A stretch of DNA of 59,497 nucleotides from an uncultured Bacteroidota bacterium (GCA_903840505.1 CAIMGI010000014.1:1-59497), one strand, 5' to 3'; shown: positions 44,653 through 54,970, numbered from the stretch's first letter. Made by a program: numbers and translations. The notes: generated from the letters alone by a model not told the origin.

Positions 44653-47049
44653 ATGAAAACAAACACTTTACAAAAAATCTTATTTGTTATTGCATTTGTG
44701 TTTTACAGCCAAATGTCAAATGGTCAAACTTATACAGCTACCTTTACGCAAGGACAGGCAGCACAAGCTGCTGATGTTACTGCCTGGACAAATTTTCGTG
44801 CTGGTTTAGTAGCTGGTACTTATACCAAAATGGAGTTGTTCAGCAACCTAAATCCTGGAAGAACTTGTACTGATCCGGCAACCTGCTTAACTATTGCCCA
44901 AGCACTCCGTAACGGAACAAACACATCCGTTACCTTCGCAGGAATCACTTGGCGCACAGGCTCAGGCTGTGGTGGGGATATTGAATTTAATGCCGATGGT
45001 TCTTTTTGTAGCTGTTTAAATCCCGGTTACTGTATACGTCCCGGTATCGGAAACTCAAATTGGGGTGGAATTGGCAGCGCAACTTGTGGAGGTGTAACTC
45101 AAACCATCACAGTACGTTTTACTTCCGTTCCTCCTGTACTTACTAATATAATTACAACTGATACGATAGTATGTGCAGGTGGTTTTGGAAGCTATCAAGT
45201 TACCCCTGATCCGGGGACCGTTTTTAACTGGACAGTTCCTGTAGGTTGGACTATTCTTTCAGGACTTGGTACCGATTCCATTTATGTACAATATGCTAAT
45301 AATTCAGGAAATGTAACGGTGAGTGGCACCAATGGTGCCGGTACCGGTAATACTGTTACTAAAGCAGTTACAGTTATTCCTTATACAATCATTAACTTCA
45401 CCACTGTTCCACAAACGTGTACCAGTAGTGCTAACGATTCACTTTCGGCTACTCCGGTTGGTGGGGTGTTTTCGGGACCTGGCGTGAGCAATGGATATTT
45501 TTATCCGGGAGTTGCCGGTGTTGGAACACATACACTTACTTATACTTATACCAATAATTCGGGCTGTGTTACCATTGCTACTCAACAGGTAACTGTTTTG
45601 CCGGGACCAACGGTTACACAAAGTCCACTTGCAAACATTTGCCAAAGCGGTACTCCATTAACACTTTTTGGAGGAAGTCCACTTGGTGGAACATACAGCG
45701 GACCAGGTGTTAATCTTGGTGTATTTGACCCTGCTGTTGCGGGTGCAGGTACACACAACATCATTTATGCTTATACCGGATTTAACGGATGTATTGGAAA
45801 AGATACCGTAACAATTAACGTGACTACACCTACTGTAGCCTTTAATGCAATTGGACCTTTTTGTTCTAATACGCCATCAATGGTATTAACAGCTGGTACA
45901 CCTAACGGAGGAACTTACTCCGGAAACGGAATTGTGAATTCATATAACTTTGATGCTGCTACAGCAGGTGTTGGTTCGCATTTAATTACATACACATATA
46001 TGGATAACAGTGGTTGTATTGATACCGATACACAAACTGTGGTTGTTAACCCTTTACCTGCGGTAACTTTTACACCGCCTGTTGTGGCTTGTAATAATGC
46101 GGGAGCTTTTGCTTTAACGGGAGGTTCTCCTATTGGTGGAATATACTCGGGTGTGGGTGTTTCAAACGGAATGTTTAATCCACAAGTGGTGGGTGCAGGA
46201 CAAGTAACTTATACTTACACAGACCCTATTACAGGATGCCCTAATAGCGATACACAAACAATAACAATTGATGCTGTTCCTGCTGCTGCTGGTACTATAA
46301 CAGGGTCGGCTACGGTTTGTCAAGGTCAAATGGGAGTGAACTATATGATTGCTAGTATTCCTAATGCTACAGGATATAATTGGGCTGTGCCTCCGGGTGC
46401 TACCATTATTGTAGGGATGAATACAAATAGTATTACTGTTGACTTTTCTAACATTGCTATTTCGGGAACAATTGCGGTTTCAGCATCTAATACTTGTGGT
46501 AACGGACCGGTTTCTCCTAGCTTGGGACTTACTGTTGACCCATTGCCTATTGCTGATTATACTTTTGTTACCAATCAAGGTGTAGCTACATTTAATAATA
46601 CTTCACAATATGCTACCAGCTTCCTTTGGAATTTTGGCGATGGAAGTCCTAACAGTGTTTCTGTCTCTCCGGTACACGTTTTCCCGGGAAACAATACATA
46701 CGCTGTTACATTAACTGCGACTAACAGTTGTGGTACGGACGTATATACACAACAAATTGTTTCTAATAGTGGTGTGGGTATTGAGGAGAATATTGAAGGA
46801 CAACGTGTGTCTATTTATCCTAACCCTACTAAAGATAATTTAAACATTAAACTTGAAGGGGCATCATTGAACTCTTTGGATGTTAAAATGATGAGCGCTA
46901 ATGGACAAGTGGTATACCACGAAAACATTGCTAAAAACAATGGAACTTACGTGAAAACTATTGACTTAAGCAAAAATGCAAAAGGAATTTACTTCATTCA
47001 GTTTATTTCTAATAAGCAAGTGATTACTAAAAAAGTGGTGCTTGAATAA
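44653..47049 (+). CDS. T9SS-sorted multidomain surface/secreted protein (Cys-rich orphan head, YSGPGV modules, PKD, Por_Secre_tail)
   Basis: 798 aa with a signal peptide. A ~135-aa Cys-rich head (about 10 Cys) is followed by one degenerate ITG-type repeat, four YSG modules (about 45376-46282), one ITG/CQGQ repeat, a PKD domain and the tail YPNPTKD...GIYFIQF...KKVVLE. Confidence 0.9.
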   Translation: MKTNTLQKILFVIAFVFYSQMSNGQTYTATFTQGQAAQAADVTAWTNFRAGLVAGTYTKMELFSNLNPGRTCTDPATCLTIAQALRNGTNTSVTFAGITWRTGSGCGGDIEFNADGSFCSCLNPGYCIRPGIGNSNWGGIGSATCGGVTQTITVRFTSVPPVLTNIITTDTIVCAGGFGSYQVTPDPGTVFNWTVPVGWTILSGLGTDSIYVQYANNSGNVTVSGTNGAGTGNTVTKAVTVIPYTIINFTTVPQTCTSSANDSLSATPVGGVFSGPGVSNGYFYPGVAGVGTHTLTYTYTNNSGCVTIATQQVTVLPGPTVTQSPLANICQSGTPLTLFGGSPLGGTYSGPGVNLGVFDPAVAGAGTHNIIYAYTGFNGCIGKDTVTINVTTPTVAFNAIGPFCSNTPSMVLTAGTPNGGTYSGNGIVNSYNFDAATAGVGSHLITYTYMDNSGCIDTDTQTVVVNPLPAVTFTPPVVACNNAGAFALTGGSPIGGIYSGVGVSNGMFNPQVVGAGQVTYTYTDPITGCPNSDTQTITIDAVPAAAGTITGSATVCQGQMGVNYMIASIPNATGYNWAVPPGATIIVGMNTNSITVDFSNIAISGTIAVSASNTCGNGPVSPSLGLTVDPLPIADYTFVTNQGVATFNNTSQYATSFLWNFGDGSPNSVSVSPVHVFPGNNTYAVTLTATNSCGTDVYTQQIVSNSGVGIEENIEGQRVSIYPNPTKDNLNIKLEGASLNSLDVKMMSANGQVVYHENIAKNNGTYVKTIDLSKNAKGIYFIQFISNKQVITKKVVLE

Positions 47050-47074
47050 ACTATTATATTGTATGAAACAAAAA

Positions 47075-47100
47075 GGGGTGAAATTTTTCACCCCTTTTTT
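47075..47100 (+). terminator. rho-independent terminator (flanked by A and T runs, possibly bidirectional)
   Basis: GGGGTGAAA-TTT-TTCACCCC followed by TTTTTT. The stem is extended by a flanking GAAACAAAAA / TTTTTTGTTTC complement. Confidence 0.8.
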
Positions 47101-47112
47101 GTTTCATATAAC

Positions 47113-47120
47113 TACATTTG
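47113..47120 (+). promoter_or_regulatory. Bacteroidota -7 promoter box (TAnnTTTG)
   Basis: TACATTTG is an exact match, 23 nt upstream of the ATG at 47143 and after the terminator. This supports the short gap gene model. Confidence 0.45.
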
Positions 47121-47142
47121 TTGTTCAATTAATTTATTGTTT

Positions 47143-48150
47143 ATGGGCAAACAAATAAAAATAGCAATCAATGGATTTGGTAGAATTGGTAGGGCACTGC
47201 TTAGAATACTGCAATCATATCCAAACATTGAAGCTGTTGCCATTAATGATGTTACGGATACAAAAACCTTAGCCCATTTATTCAAGTACGATTCTGTTCA
47301 CGGGAAATATAAAGGTACTGTTACCTTTAACACTGACACTTTAATAGTGAATGGTAAAAACATACAAATAACAAATGAGAAAATTCCCGCGAATTTACCT
47401 TGGCGCAATTTAAATATTGATATTGTTATTGAATGTACAGGGAAATTTTTGGATTATGACAGCGCCTTTAAACATATAGAAGCCGGTGCTAAAAAAGTAA
47501 TTCTATCAGCACCACCAACCGATAAAAAAATTAAAGCAATATGCTTAGGCATAAATGACCAAATCCTAACAGTAGACGATTTAATTGTTTCAAATGCATC
47601 TTGTACAACTAACTCTGCCGCACCAATGATAAAAGTATTGAATGAGATGTGGGGCGTTTCAGAAGCATATATTACAACAGTTCATTCTTATACTGGCGAT
47701 CAACGCTTGCACGATGCCCCACATAAAGATTTAAGAAGAGGACGTGCGGCAGCATTATCAATTATACCTACATCTACCGGTGCAGCAAAAGCCATTACAA
47801 AAATATTTCCTGAATTGGAAGGGAAAATTGGTGGTTGCGGTATGCGTGTACCTGTTCCTGATGGTTCTTTAACCGACATAACTTGCGTACTCAAGAAAAA
47901 GCCAACAGTAGAAGAAATAAATAAAGCATTCAAAGATGCATCAGAAACCTATTTAAAAGGAATTATTGAATACACGGAAGACCCCATTGTTTCTATTGAT
48001 ATAGTCGGTAATTCACACTCTTGCATTTTTGATGCAGAGTTCACCTCAATTGTAGGAAATATGGTAAAGGTGCTTGGTTGGTATGATAATGAAATTGGAT
48101 ATAGTAACCGTCTTGCAGAACTGATTGTAAAGACAGCCGAAATAAAATAG
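47143..48150 (+). CDS. gap: type I glyceraldehyde-3-phosphate dehydrogenase
   Basis: INGFGRIGR NAD-binding motif and the active site SNASCTTN. I moved the start to the ATG at 47143 (MGKQIKIAINGFG), because the track's TTG start at 47059 would read through the upstream terminator. Confidence 0.93.
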   Translation: MGKQIKIAINGFGRIGRALLRILQSYPNIEAVAINDVTDTKTLAHLFKYDSVHGKYKGTVTFNTDTLIVNGKNIQITNEKIPANLPWRNLNIDIVIECTGKFLDYDSAFKHIEAGAKKVILSAPPTDKKIKAICLGINDQILTVDDLIVSNASCTTNSAAPMIKVLNEMWGVSEAYITTVHSYTGDQRLHDAPHKDLRRGRAAALSIIPTSTGAAKAITKIFPELEGKIGGCGMRVPVPDGSLTDITCVLKKKPTVEEINKAFKDASETYLKGIIEYTEDPIVSIDIVGNSHSCIFDAEFTSIVGNMVKVLGWYDNEIGYSNRLAELIVKTAEIK

Positions 48151-48158
48151 TACTCCTT

Positions 48159-49397
48159 TTAGGCCACCTTTAATTTTTTCAATACTGACTTTTTCAATTT
48201 ATCCGCTGCGTATGTTGCCGTAATTTTTATTTCCTTTTCGGCTTTATTAGTAGGCGTTTCAAACATTGCATCAATCATTATTGCTTCACAAATAGAACGC
48301 AATCCCCTTGCGCCTAATTTATACTCTAAGGCCTTTTCAACAATAAGATCGAGAACAGCTTTATCGAAACTCAAACCAATGCCATCAATTTCAAACAACT
48401 TTACATATTGCTTTACAAGTGAGTTCTTAGGCTCAGTAAGGATTCTACGCAAAGCACTTTTATCGAGCGGATTGAGATAGGTAAGTACGGGCAATCGTCC
48501 AATTAGTTCGGGGATAAGTCCGAAACTTTTTAAATCTTGTGGAGATACGTATTGTAGAATATTTTCTTTATCAATCTGGTCTTCCTTTTTTGTTCTATAC
48601 CCAATTGCCTGTGAATTCATTCTACGCTCAATCTTTTTATCAATACCGTCAAAAGCTCCGCCACAAATAAATAAGATGTTCTTTGTATTGATGGCAACCA
48701 ACTTTTGTTCGGGATGTTTACGCCCACCTTGAGGAGGAACATTCACTGCCGAACCTTCCAGTAATTTTAACAATCCCTGTTGAACGCCTTCACCCGAAAC
48801 ATCTCTGGTAATAGATGGATTATCTCCTTTGCGTGCGATTTTGTCAAGCTCATCAATAAAAACAATCCCTCGTTCGGCAGCAGCAACATCGTAATCGGCA
48901 GCTTGTAATAATCGTACCAATACACTTTCAACATCTTCACCTACATAACCTGCTTCCGTAAGTACTGTTGCATCTGCTATACAAAAAGGAACATTTAAAA
49001 TTTTTGCAATGGTTCTCGCCATAAGGGTTTTACCAGTACCAGTCTCCCCTACCATTATTACATTCGACTTTTCAATTTCAACCTCTTCAACTCCTTTAAT
49101 TTGCTTTTGGTTAATGCGCTTATAATGATTGTAGACAGCCACACTCAATACTTTCTTTGCTTCATCCTGGCCGATAACATACTCATCAATGTGTTTTTTT
49201 ATCTCCATCGGCTTCAACAATTTCATTGCGTTGAATTTTGTATTGGCTCCTGTGGATGCAGCATTTTCTGTTTTTACCAACTGAAATGCTTGCTCAATAC
49301 AAAAATTACAGATATGACCTGTAATACCTGCAATCATTACACTCACTTCCTTCTTATCGCGGTTACAAAAAGAACACTTGATATTTTTATTCTCCAT
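48159..49397 (-). CDS. clpX: ATP-dependent Clp protease ATP-binding subunit ClpX
   Basis: N-terminal zinc-binding CSFC...CNFC and Walker A GETGTGKT. 412 aa, downstream of clpP. Confidence 0.96.
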   Translation of the reverse strand: MENKNIKCSFCNRDKKEVSVMIAGITGHICNFCIEQAFQLVKTENAASTGANTKFNAMKLLKPMEIKKHIDEYVIGQDEAKKVLSVAVYNHYKRINQKQIKGVEEVEIEKSNVIMVGETGTGKTLMARTIAKILNVPFCIADATVLTEAGYVGEDVESVLVRLLQAADYDVAAAERGIVFIDELDKIARKGDNPSITRDVSGEGVQQGLLKLLEGSAVNVPPQGGRKHPEQKLVAINTKNILFICGGAFDGIDKKIERRMNSQAIGYRTKKEDQIDKENILQYVSPQDLKSFGLIPELIGRLPVLTYLNPLDKSALRRILTEPKNSLVKQYVKLFEIDGIGLSFDKAVLDLIVEKALEYKLGARGLRSICEAIMIDAMFETPTNKAEKEIKITATYAADKLKKSVLKKLKVA

Positions 49398-49412
49398 TGA
49401 TGTGTTAATAAA

Positions 49413-49432
49413 AGCCCCGTTTAAATGGGGCT
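49413..49432 (-). terminator. hairpin with U-rich tail between clpP and clpX (possible partial terminator/attenuator)
   Basis: Minus strand reads AGCCCC-AUUUAAAC-GGGGCU followed by UUUAUU. It lies in the 59-nt clpP-clpX spacer. Confidence 0.45.
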
Positions 49433-49456
49433 ATTAAATTTATTTTATAATTGGAA

Positions 49457-50134
49457 TTATAATTTTGACGATGTTAAAATCTCATCTATCATTCCGTAAT
49501 CCTTTGCTTCTTCTGCTGTCATCCAATAATCACGATCACTGTCCTTCCACACCTTATCGTAAGTCTGACCACTATGATTTGCTATAATATCGTACAATTC
49601 CTTTTTCAATTTTTGAATTTCACGTGCAGTAATTTCAATATCTGACGCTTGACCATCAGCACCACCAAGAGGTTGATGAATCATTACACGAGCGTGTTTC
49701 AATGCAGCTCTTTTCCCTTTTTGTCCAGCACACATCAACACCGCGCCCATTGAAGCAGCCATTCCTGTACAGATAGTAGCTACATCGGGTGTTATGTATT
49801 GCATTGTATCATAAATACCTAATCCGGCATATACAGAGCCTCCCGGACTGTTCAAATAAATTTGAATATCCTTTTTTGCATCTACTGATTGTAAAAACAA
49901 TAATTGAGCTTGAATGATATTCGCAACTTGGTCGTCAATTCCCGTTCCAAGAAATATAATACGATCCATCATTAAACGCGAGAATACGTCCATTTGAGCA
50001 ACGTTCAATTGGCGCTCTTCAATAATGTATGGCGTTACATTTGAAATGTTGTGTTTTGTATATGAATCAAAGGTATTACCATTAATTCCTTTATGCTTTA
50101 CAGCGTACTTTCTAAATTCATTGTTTGAATACAT
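49457..50134 (-). CDS. clpP: ATP-dependent Clp protease proteolytic subunit
   Basis: Catalytic Ser context GMAASMGA and His context MIHQPLGG. 225 aa. Confidence 0.96.
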   Translation of the reverse strand: MYSNNEFRKYAVKHKGINGNTFDSYTKHNISNVTPYIIEERQLNVAQMDVFSRLMMDRIIFLGTGIDDQVANIIQAQLLFLQSVDAKKDIQIYLNSPGGSVYAGLGIYDTMQYITPDVATICTGMAASMGAVLMCAGQKGKRAALKHARVMIHQPLGGADGQASDIEITAREIQKLKKELYDIIANHSGQTYDKVWKDSDRDYWMTAEEAKDYGMIDEILTSSKL

Positions 50135-50175
50135 AGTATTTTGTTTTTTTATGTAAAGTTACATTTTGTACTGAA

Positions 50176-51525
50176 CTATTCAGCAGACAATTTATAAAAA
50201 TCTTCTTCACTAATTTCTTTATCTGTTACAGTAAAAGAAGCTTTGAACAAAGTCATTAATTTTTCATCGTACAATTTTTCGAACAATCTGCGAGATTCCT
50301 TCTCATCACCCAATACTCGCTGTGCAGTATTGTTCAACTCTTGCTCATCCATTTCATTTTGATTGAAACGAGCAAATTGTTTCCTGATAAGAGATTTGGT
50401 ATAATCAACAACCTCTTCGTTGCTAACATTTATTTGATTCGATTGCAAAATTTTATTCTCAATGAGTTGCCAACGCAATGCATCGGAATAGTTCTTATAC
50501 TCACTGCTTACTTGTTCAAGCGTAACCGGTTTCTCATTCGCAGCAACCAACCAGCGTTTTAAAAACTCATCTGGTAAATTAAGGTTTAAACTTTTCACCA
50601 ATCTTAACACCACATCGTTTTTGAATTTTCGCTCACTTTCGGCAAGATACATACCTTTTAATTCTTCGTTCACACGTTCTCTAAACTGTTCTACTGTATT
50701 CACTTCATCACCATATACCTTTTTAAAGAATTCAATGTTTAACTCAGCCGGTTCCATACGACTTATGTTGGTAATTGTAAATTTTACAGGGTTATTCAAT
50801 TGCTGTGCTGCATCTTGTGTAATACCCAACATAGCTGCCATATCAGCAGGATTTCCAGCTGCTTTTTTTGGGTCGATAGTAACCGATGCACCCTTAGAAA
50901 TACCTACAAATTGCTTTTTTATTGCTTCGTCTTTAATGGTATCCAAAGCCAAAGTAGAAGTTTTGCTTATCCCACCTTCTACATTTTGTCCGCTTGCGTC
51001 AACTTCTTGAAAATCTCCGAAAAGTAAATCTCCTGAGTCAGAAACTTCAGGATTAATTAACTTGCCATAACGTTTAGCAATATCGTTCACATACTTATCT
51101 GTAAGCCTATCTTCCACTTTTACCAAATAGTAATTAAACTTTTCCTTGTGCGATAGATCGACTTCAAATTTTGGAGAAAGTCCTAAATCGTAAGCAAACT
51201 CAAACTCTTTTTGATTGTCCCAATCAATTGTAGAATCATCTGCTATGCGCGGTAATGGTTGACCCAACACCTCTAATTTATTTTCTTGTATGTAACCTGA
51301 AATTTTTTGGTTCAGTAATTTATTTATTTCATCAACCAAAACCGGTTTGTAATACATTTTTTTTATCATTCCCGCTGGCACTTTCCCTGGACGAAAGCCC
51401 GGCATATTAGCCTTTTTCTGATAGTCCTTCAGTATTTTTTCTACTGCACTTGCATAATCCTCTTCCTGCACTTTTACTTTTACTATGGCATTTAAATCAT
51501 CTACTTGCTGTTTTGTAAAATTCAT
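50176..51525 (-). CDS. tig: trigger factor
   Basis: Ribosome-binding signature PGFRPGKVP near the N-terminus. 449 aa, in the conserved tig-clpP-clpX order. Confidence 0.92.
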   Translation of the reverse strand: MNFTKQQVDDLNAIVKVKVQEEDYASAVEKILKDYQKKANMPGFRPGKVPAGMIKKMYYKPVLVDEINKLLNQKISGYIQENKLEVLGQPLPRIADDSTIDWDNQKEFEFAYDLGLSPKFEVDLSHKEKFNYYLVKVEDRLTDKYVNDIAKRYGKLINPEVSDSGDLLFGDFQEVDASGQNVEGGISKTSTLALDTIKDEAIKKQFVGISKGASVTIDPKKAAGNPADMAAMLGITQDAAQQLNNPVKFTITNISRMEPAELNIEFFKKVYGDEVNTVEQFRERVNEELKGMYLAESERKFKNDVVLRLVKSLNLNLPDEFLKRWLVAANEKPVTLEQVSSEYKNYSDALRWQLIENKILQSNQINVSNEEVVDYTKSLIRKQFARFNQNEMDEQELNNTAQRVLGDEKESRRLFEKLYDEKLMTLFKASFTVTDKEISEEDFYKLSAE

Positions 51526-51533
51526 TGTTGTGT

Positions 51534-51977
51534 TTATTTTGAGTTGTTGTTATTTAATACAAAGTTTATTGGTAATACCATTTGAACAGACACAGGTCTT
51601 CCATTTTGTCTTCCGGGTTTATGAATAGGAAATGCTTTAACTACCCTTACCGCTTCTTTTTCAAGTTCACTACCACCTGTTACCCCTCTAACCACTTTAA
51701 CATCGTTCACCTTTCCTTCATTACAAACCACATAGGAAACATAAACTTTCCCTTGAATCCCTTTCTTTTTAGAATTATCAGGATATTTTAAACTATCCTT
51801 AATAAATTTCATCCTTGCAGTTTCTCCACCAACAAATTCAGGCATTTCTTCCACCGAAGTAAAAACAGGTACCTCCTGCTTTACTTCTTGATTAATAGTA
51901 ATACCTACTTGTTGACCAAATCCACTTGTAATGGAAAGATAAAAAACAAGGGTTAACGAAGCTAAATATTTTGCCAT
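51534..51977 (-). CDS. TonB C-terminal domain-containing protein (short, signal peptide only)
   Basis: 147 aa. The segment MPEFVGGETARMKFIKDSLKYP...GIQGKVYVSYVV...G.V.DVKVVRG matches the TonB_C fold signature. There is no Pro-rich spacer and no TM anchor typical of full-length TonB. Confidence 0.7.
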   Translation of the reverse strand: MAKYLASLTLVFYLSITSGFGQQVGITINQEVKQEVPVFTSVEEMPEFVGGETARMKFIKDSLKYPDNSKKKGIQGKVYVSYVVCNEGKVNDVKVVRGVTGGSELEKEAVRVVKAFPIHKPGRQNGRPVSVQMVLPINFVLNNNNSK

Positions 51978-52045
51978 TTGCGGTTTTTAAAAGGAACGTA
52001 AAGATACAAAATACTTTGAAAAAAATAGATACAAACAAACTGATA

Positions 52046-52510
52046 TTATTGCTTCTTTTCGGGATAAGTGGTACGCAATTCTTTACCCATTAAAAATATT
52101 TTTGATTTCTCGTAATCACCTATTTCAGTATAGTATTTCCATTCGCCAAACCAGTAGTAATGGAGCATATCCCCTTCTATTACCAACTCTGCCTTACCTC
52201 TACTGGCAACTTTACCATTTTTATGATAATAGGTGTTCAGCATTAACTTTCCGTGCTTCCTGAATTTCTCCTTTTTTTCCAATTTCCCTTCGGCAGTATA
52301 GTACTTCCACTTACCAACTTTTATATCGTGTCGGTAGCGGCCTTTGCTAAAATATTTTTTATGGGTATTGTCTGAATAATCCTTCCACCTCCCATGGCGC
52401 AGGCCTACTTTATCAAAATGATTGTGTGATGAGAAAATCTGTGCTACTGAAGCAAAAGATAAAAAAAAATTAAAAAATATCAGGAGGGGCTTTCTTACAA
52501 TACCCATCAA
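52046..52510 (-). CDS. MORN-variant repeat protein (YwqK-like)
   Basis: Signal-like N-terminus, then the G-[RKE]-WK-[DY]-Y pattern seen three times (GRWKDY, GKWKYY, GEWKYY). This is typical of MORN_2 repeats. Confidence 0.55.
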   Translation of the reverse strand: MMGIVRKPLLIFFNFFLSFASVAQIFSSHNHFDKVGLRHGRWKDYSDNTHKKYFSKGRYRHDIKVGKWKYYTAEGKLEKKEKFRKHGKLMLNTYYHKNGKVASRGKAELVIEGDMLHYYWFGEWKYYTEIGDYEKSKIFLMGKELRTTYPEKKQ

Positions 52511-52513
52511 AAC

Positions 52514-53389
52514 TTAACTTACAATTTTAGTTCTCAGAGCTGCAATTTTTGCATACAAAGTAGTAATTTCTTCATCGGATATACTTACCTCAAATGATTT
52601 GCTTTGACTATTTTGTTTTGTGATTCCTTCAATCGTTTCGAAATGTTCTTTGAGACCTTTAAAGTCATTTGTCAACGATACAATATCTATGTCTGTTTTA
52701 TTCACACCCGCTAGAAGAGAAACCAACTTATCGAGTGTATTTTTTTGCTTTCCTATTAGACTAATAATCCCTTTGTTCTTATCATTTTGTACAATATTCG
52801 AAGCTACATAAATACTCTCAAGCCAAACTCCGGCAAATATGATGATGGATTGTGTTTTCTTATCGCCTTCATTCATAAATAAACTCGATTCATTTTCTAA
52901 ATCTCTCATAATAGCATCAAGTGAATCAGGGTTATTCATATTTTGCTCAAAGCGCGATAATGTTGCTGAAGCTTCGTAAACGCTTGCCAAACCTATACCC
53001 AATGAAAGTTGTTTTGCCGTTTTTAAATATTTTAATGCAGCTTGCGTTTGGTCATTTAATATGCAATAAGCCAAGTCGGCTATATATATACCTAAGTTTA
53101 ATGTTTTACTGAATGTTGAAACGTATTTTGAATAATTTGAAACATCGTTTGTAACGTTTGGAATAAATTTCAATCCGGCCTTTTGATATGTTTCGCCTAT
53201 TTGCATAGGTGTTGGCAATGACATAAGTACTCCTTGATTTACTGTATCTTCATTTTGAGAAGCAGTTGAAATACTATCTTTAGTAGAACTTCCTTCGGTA
53301 CCATTATCTGAATTACTGCTACAAGAAGTAATAATAACAGTAACTAATACTATGTAAAGACTATTGTATAAATTTTGTTTGATTCTCAT
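52514..53389 (-). CDS. hypothetical lipoprotein
   Basis: Lipobox-like VIITSC after a hydrophobic N-terminus. The remainder is predicted helical. No recognised family. Confidence 0.6.
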   Translation of the reverse strand: MRIKQNLYNSLYIVLVTVIITSCSSNSDNGTEGSSTKDSISTASQNEDTVNQGVLMSLPTPMQIGETYQKAGLKFIPNVTNDVSNYSKYVSTFSKTLNLGIYIADLAYCILNDQTQAALKYLKTAKQLSLGIGLASVYEASATLSRFEQNMNNPDSLDAIMRDLENESSLFMNEGDKKTQSIIIFAGVWLESIYVASNIVQNDKNKGIISLIGKQKNTLDKLVSLLAGVNKTDIDIVSLTNDFKGLKEHFETIEGITKQNSQSKSFEVSISDEEITTLYAKIAALRTKIVS

Positions 53390-53415
53390 ATTTTATTTTT
53401 ACAAATGTACAAAAA

Positions 53416-54882
53416 CTATCGGCTATAATTTGGTGCTTCTCTTGTTATAATGACATCGTGTGGGTGGCTCTCCCTTACACCCGCTGAAGTTATTCGAATA
53501 AACTTAGCTTGTTGTAGCGATTTAACATTGGCAGCACCGCAATAACCCATACCTGCACGTAAACCTCCAATTATTTGATACATTATTTCTGCCAAATTTC
53601 CTTTAAAAGGAACCCTACCTGATATTCCTTCAGGAACCAATTTTTTGATATCGTCTTCTGCATCTTGAAAATACCTGTCTTTTGAACCTTGCTGCATAGC
53701 CTCAATAGAACCCATTCCGCGATATGATTTAAACTTACGTCCTTCATAAATAATGGTTTCACCAGGCGATTCCTCCACACCGGCAAACAATGAGCCTGCC
53801 ATAATAGTGGCTGCACCTGCTGCAATTGCTTTTACAATGTCTCCTGTAAAACGAATACCTCCATCAGCAATTAAAGGAACACCTGTACCTTCAAGTGCTT
53901 TTGCGACCTCTACAATGGCCGTTAATTGTGGCACTCCTACTCCTGCAATAACACGCGTTGTACAAATTGAACCGGGACCAATTCCTACTTTTACAGCATC
54001 GGCACCTGCTTTTACCAATGCTATTGCAGCATCGGCAGTAGCAATATTTCCCACAACAACTTGCAAAGAGGGAAATTTCTTTTTTACCTTTTTAAGCGTT
54101 TCAATAACCCCTTTTGAATGACCGTGAGCAGTATCGATAATTACGGCATCAACACCTGCAATTGCCAAAGCACTTATACGTTCCATTACATCTGCAGTAA
54201 CTCCAACTGCAGCTGCAACGCGCAACCTGCCTAATTCATCCTTGCACGCATTTGGTCGTATTTTTGTTTTTAAAATATCTTTATAGGTTATTAATCCTGT
54301 TAGCTTGTTAGCTTTATCAACAACAGGTAACTTCTCTATTTTATTTATCTGCAAAATGTTTTCAGCCTCAGCTAAATTTTTTCCGTTGTTGGTGGTAATT
54401 ATTTTTTTAGAAGTCATTACTTCCTTAATAGGGCGACTCATATCTTTTTCAAAACGCAAATCTCTATTGGTAACAATACCTACCAATGTTCTGTTTTCAG
54501 AAATTACCGGAATACCACCAATTTTATTCTCTTTCATCAAATTCAAGGCATCAATCACCAAAGCATTTTCAATCAAAGTGATGGGATCTTGAATCATTCC
54601 GCTTTCGGAACGCTTAACCTTTCGAACCTGATCGGCTTGAGCTTGAATGCTCATATTCTTATGTAACACACCAATACCACCTTCTTGCGCGATGGCAATA
54701 GCCAATTGATGCTCTGTAACTGTATCCATAGCAGCACTTACTATGGGCGTTTTTACTTTAATTTTTCGGGTAAAATAGGAAGTTATATCTACTTCACGTG
54801 GCAATACCTCAGAATAGGCGGGAACCAACAGCACATCATCGTAAGTTAAACCTTCACCGATGAATTTATCACTTTTAGACAT
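53416..54882 (-). CDS. guaB: IMP dehydrogenase
   Basis: Catalytic loop [11 protein letters not shown] and an inserted tandem CBS pair. 488 aa. Confidence 0.96.
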   Translation of the reverse strand: MSKSDKFIGEGLTYDDVLLVPAYSEVLPREVDITSYFTRKIKVKTPIVSAAMDTVTEHQLAIAIAQEGGIGVLHKNMSIQAQADQVRKVKRSESGMIQDPITLIENALVIDALNLMKENKIGGIPVISENRTLVGIVTNRDLRFEKDMSRPIKEVMTSKKIITTNNGKNLAEAENILQINKIEKLPVVDKANKLTGLITYKDILKTKIRPNACKDELGRLRVAAAVGVTADVMERISALAIAGVDAVIIDTAHGHSKGVIETLKKVKKKFPSLQVVVGNIATADAAIALVKAGADAVKVGIGPGSICTTRVIAGVGVPQLTAIVEVAKALEGTGVPLIADGGIRFTGDIVKAIAAGAATIMAGSLFAGVEESPGETIIYEGRKFKSYRGMGSIEAMQQGSKDRYFQDAEDDIKKLVPEGISGRVPFKGNLAEIMYQIIGGLRAGMGYCGAANVKSLQQAKFIRITSAGVRESHPHDVIITREAPNYSR

Positions 54883-54916
54883 TGTAATTTTATATAGGGT
54901 TAGTTAAAATTACGCA

Positions 54917-54924
54917 CAAAAGTA
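54917..54924 (-). promoter_or_regulatory. Bacteroidota -7 promoter box (TAnnTTTG)
   Basis: Minus strand reads TACTTTTG, 35 nt upstream of the guaB ATG. Confidence 0.4.
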
Positions 54925-54970
54925 GTAAAAATACCCGAATATTGGCTATTAACGGCTCGTTAATTTATTA

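Noticed and set aside
35094-47142. The T9SS array as a horizontally acquired genomic island or mobile element.
   Set aside because: - It has no integrase, transposase, tRNA attachment site or flanking direct repeats.
- Promoter boxes, terminator style and codon usage look native.
- Its higher G+C is explained by Gly/Thr/Ala-rich repeats.
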